Assembly (NCBI GenBank): GCA_032249135.1
Contig: JAVVGL010000004.1
Coordinates: forward strand, 32,001-96,000
Origin: Candidatus Calescibacterium sp.
Lineage (GTDB): Bacteria; Calescibacteriota; Calescibacteriia; Calescibacteriales; Calescibacteriaceae
Reading direction: 5' to 3'
DNA length: 64,000 nt
A program made the position numbers and the translations under genes. Of the stretch, positions 61,068-64,000 are shown in pieces (positions within the stretch are counted from its first letter, which is position 1; the number at the start of each line of letters is the position of its first letter). The notes beneath the pieces are model-generated. The model made no database searches, was not told the origin of the DNA, and was given only the letters and a program-made list of their open reading frames with translations.

Positions 61068-61622
61068 TTAAAATTTTAGCTGATGTTTTTCTTTTTGCTT
61101 GTTTTGTTTTATTTTTTTACCTTATTTTAACAGTCAGTTATTGAGTTAAAAATTTAGTATTTCAATTCTTCCCTATGTCAACTATGGGAATGTATGTTTT
61201 TTCTCAAAATATTGCAGACTACTCTATATTATCAAATGTTGGAAGTTTTTCATCCCATCAACAGTTGCAATTTCCCAATCTCCTGCGGTTTCTACTATAT
61301 CTCCTACTATAAGTTCGGAGGGTTTCTGTGTCAGATATCTGTGCATCGGCACCAGATCCGCATATATGTTCTAGAAGCCAAGATTATGGTTTTGGCTCTG
61401 CAGTTGCAGCAAACAAAGAAGATGTTAAATCTTATTTGTTTTTTTAGTCGGAACAAAAAAAGAAAGAAAAAAATTTGAACAAACGGTCAAATTTTTGAAA
61501 TTAGCTAATTTTCGTCCAAACTTCAGAAAATTATAGAAGTAAGCAACAGAAATTATGTTCTTGCGGTCAAAAGTAGTGATTAAATAAATGAAAAAATAAA
61601 CAGAAAAGAGGAGGTATTTTGT

Positions 61623-62831
61623 ATGAAAGTGTTTGTAAGGGGAGTATATTATGACCCTGTTGTGAAAGAAAGGCAGGGAGAAACATATAAAGAGGTTTTA
61701 TTTCGTGTTTTCAAGAGAGTGTTGGAAGATGCTGAAGTTTCACCAGATGATGTAGATGGTGTAGTTTTCACTCCTCCTGTTCTCGGTGGAATAAGACAAC
61801 ACTTCATGCATGCTCATCATATGGGACACTATCTTGGGAAGAAATTCAAAGTTGAGGTTATGGTTGAGAACGGCGGTAGCACAGCGGCTCTTGCTTTAAG
61901 ATATGGCATGCTTGAAATTCTTTCAGGAAGGTGCAATGCAGTTTTCGTAATCGGGATGGACGACAGAGGTGATAGAATTCCGGAAGGAATGGAGTTTCCT
62001 CATTTCATATATGATATAACATTAACTCAAATAAATCTTTACGGACCTTTTGATTCTATGTATGGAATTGGAGCTCCTATCCCATATTATGCTATGGCTG
62101 GACAAAGATATATGATAGAAAAATCAGTAAGCAGAGATGATTTGAATTGGGTAGCTGTAAGATTAAGGGAACATGCTGAAAAAAATGAGAAAGCTCTTTT
62201 GAGACAAAGAATAAATCCAGAAGATGTTATTGCTTCAAAAGAAATATGTCCCCCTCTTTATCTTTACGATTGTTCTATTTTTGCCTCAGGTGCTGCAGGT
62301 GTTCTTCTCACTTCGGAAGATTTTGAGAAAGCGAATCCTTCTAATAAAAAAAGAAAAGTTCAGATAAGAGGATACGGTGAATTCCATACTCCGACATCTT
62401 TTTTACCTAACCAGTTTGAATATATACCTTACTATTCCGAAGCTTTGCGAAAAGCTACTGATGAAGCTTTCTCACAGGCAAAAATAACTCAAAAAGATGT
62501 TGATGTAGTAGAAATATACGGAGTTTTTACCACTACTGAACTTACTATTCTTGAAGACATGGGGTTTTTTGATGAAGGAAAGGCAGTGTATGCTTTTAAG
62601 GAAGGAAAAGTTGGTCCTGATGCGAGGCTTTATGTTGATCCTTCTGGGGGTAGAGTAGCATGCGGACATCCAGCAGGTGCTACGCCTTTGATAGAAGTTT
62701 GTGAAGTGGTTCATCAGTTGAGGAGTGAAGCTGGTGCGCGTCAAAAGAAAGGCAAATGCGATATCGGAGTTGTCCAGGCAGAGCACGGTATGCTAAATGG
62801 TTCGGTCGTCTTTGTTTTTGAAGGTCTTTGA
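61623..62831 (+). CDS. SCP-x type thiolase-superfamily protein lacking the catalytic Cys (Ltp-like aldolase candidate)
   Basis: VENGGST in place of NxCxS, PLYLYDCS, EIYGVFT, SGG...GHPAGATP, QLRSEAGARQ; GGAGGT RBS. Confidence 0.85.
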   Translation: MKVFVRGVYYDPVVKERQGETYKEVLFRVFKRVLEDAEVSPDDVDGVVFTPPVLGGIRQHFMHAHHMGHYLGKKFKVEVMVENGGSTAALALRYGMLEILSGRCNAVFVIGMDDRGDRIPEGMEFPHFIYDITLTQINLYGPFDSMYGIGAPIPYYAMAGQRYMIEKSVSRDDLNWVAVRLREHAEKNEKALLRQRINPEDVIASKEICPPLYLYDCSIFASGAAGVLLTSEDFEKANPSNKKRKVQIRGYGEFHTPTSFLPNQFEYIPYYSEALRKATDEAFSQAKITQKDVDVVEIYGVFTTTELTILEDMGFFDEGKAVYAFKEGKVGPDARLYVDPSGGRVACGHPAGATPLIEVCEVVHQLRSEAGARQKKGKCDIGVVQAEHGMLNGSVVFVFEGL

Positions 62832-62867
62832 TGGTCAAACATAAATTTGGAATTTTAAAACTGAATT

Positions 62868-63602
62868 TCACTGGAAAGAAACCGAAGCATAAGCACCTAC
62901 TCCGTATCCTTGCCTTATATTACTTTTTTGCCCGATCGCTCCGAATCCAAATAGACCGATTTTTGGTTCAATTGGTTTGGTTGGAATAGAAATGTTAAGA
63001 TGCATTTGAGGTTGAAACACTATTTTTTTGAGTTCCTCGTATATTCCACCAAGTTTTAGTTCAAAAGAGAGAATTTTTGGAATGAAATAAGTTCCCCCTC
63101 CTAAAAATAGAAAAACTTCATTTTGTGTTGTATGAGGGTAAAGTGCATTTATCTCTTTCTTATCTTTTGAGGGAGAAAATCTTGCTCCACCAAGTAGAGA
63201 AAATTTTAGATTTAATAGATCAAATCTAAAAAATACCATCGGACTTATTACTATTCTGTTTTGAGTAAAGGGTGTAGAACCTGTTGGAAATTCAAAAGAT
63301 AGCAAAAAAGTTGGCATAGGAGAAAAATCAAGTAAGGAGATTTTGAAAGCTCCGGATATATCCGATAATTTCACATCTCCTTTTTCTGTTAGACCTGCTG
63401 GTATATCAGCTCTTAATCCGAAGATTTTGAGGAATGAGAATCCACCAAATGTGCCAATCAAAATATTTCTTTCGTAGTTTGAAATTTTTCTTTGTGATAT
63501 AAAAGAAATTAATCCTATTTCATCTTTTACTTTATGTTCATCAAAAAACTCAGGATATCCCCAAGATATCAGAAAGTAAGAAAGGAAAAATTCTGCTAAC
63601 AT
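62868..63602 (-). CDS. Putative small outer-membrane beta-barrel protein
   Basis: Alternating beta-strand pattern, EFPTG motif, C-terminal VSFQ. Confidence 0.5.
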   Translation of the reverse strand: MLAEFFLSYFLISWGYPEFFDEHKVKDEIGLISFISQRKISNYERNILIGTFGGFSFLKIFGLRADIPAGLTEKGDVKLSDISGAFKISLLDFSPMPTFLLSFEFPTGSTPFTQNRIVISPMVFFRFDLLNLKFSLLGGARFSPSKDKKEINALYPHTTQNEVFLFLGGGTYFIPKILSFELKLGGIYEELKKIVFQPQMHLNISIPTKPIEPKIGLFGFGAIGQKSNIRQGYGVGAYASVSFQ

Positions 63603-63691
63603 GCTTTAATAAATTTTACAAATTTGCTCGGTTTACATTTATTTTATCAGTCTACTGTTAATTTTATGGAGTCATCAGTAAATAGGATGTT

Positions 63692-63831
63692 AATAATAGT
63701 AATATTTTTTCAAAATACTTAAAATTTATATAAGGGTGTTTCTAGACAGAAGAAAAACAGAAATAATAGTAATATTTTTTCAAAATACTTAAAATTTATA
63801 TAAGGGTGTTTCTAGACAGAAGAAAAACAGA
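63692..63831. repeat. Perfect 70-bp tandem duplication
   Basis: 63692-63761 is identical to 63762-63831. Confidence 0.95.
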
Positions 63832-64000
63832 GAAAGGGAAAGAAAAAGAAAAAGAGAAAGTAAGAAATTTATTTCGTAGGAAACTAATAAAATTGGGCGT
63901 ATTTCTTCTACCATCAGCATATATTATTTTTGATGGAACAAAAAATAGGATTCAGGCACAAACATTAGTTGAGCCTCCTACACCTGCTCCAAAGATCAGG

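Noticed and set aside
63692-63831. Possible CRISPR array
   Set aside because: Two identical abutting units, no spacers, no cas genes. No CRISPR array was seen next to tnpB either, so it is not called Cas12.
63952-64000. Minus-strand LIFGAGVGGSTNVCA* resembling a GMC oxidoreductase motif
   Set aside because: Only 15 codons at the window edge; too little to call.

Overview
AT-rich bacterial chromosomal window, probably from a Gram-negative organism (outer-membrane barrels, TolC, SurA). Lys/Glu/Ile-rich proteins suggest a thermophile, and a MYXO-CTERM-like surface protein plus an FHA-GGDEF protein suggest deltaproteobacterial/myxobacterial affinity (inference). Most genes are housekeeping genes in unusually fragmented operons: coaX, yidD, surA-pdxA, thiE, mreBCD behind tRNA-Gly/tRNA-Thr, fcl, orphan atpA, aroA, orphan cheA, nadA, folD, rpoZ, glmM. 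There are also lipid/glycan-foraging envelope genes (GH5, GH31, FadL-like barrel, TRAP DctP, Cys-less thiolase), a surface-glycosylation cluster and several frameshifted or decayed genes. The best lead is a 1.7-kb transposase-less element (28801-30517) carrying a RuvC-intact TnpB-like gene. It is bounded by terminal inverted repeats rather than typical IS200/IS605 ends, and its GC-rich 3' end folds into an omegaRNA-like scaffold whose last 6 nt (the repeat tip) can close a pseudoknot. Another copy of the same end lies 22 kb away, in front of a DUF5618-like gene. Other leads: a 1339-aa Cys-rich BPI/TULIP-like MYXO-CTERM protein behind a poly-T promoter, a decayed Rpn gene followed by a synonymous-only duplicate of its internal start region, and two highly degenerate chemoreceptor-like genes. 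All family calls come from motif recognition by eye; no searches were run.
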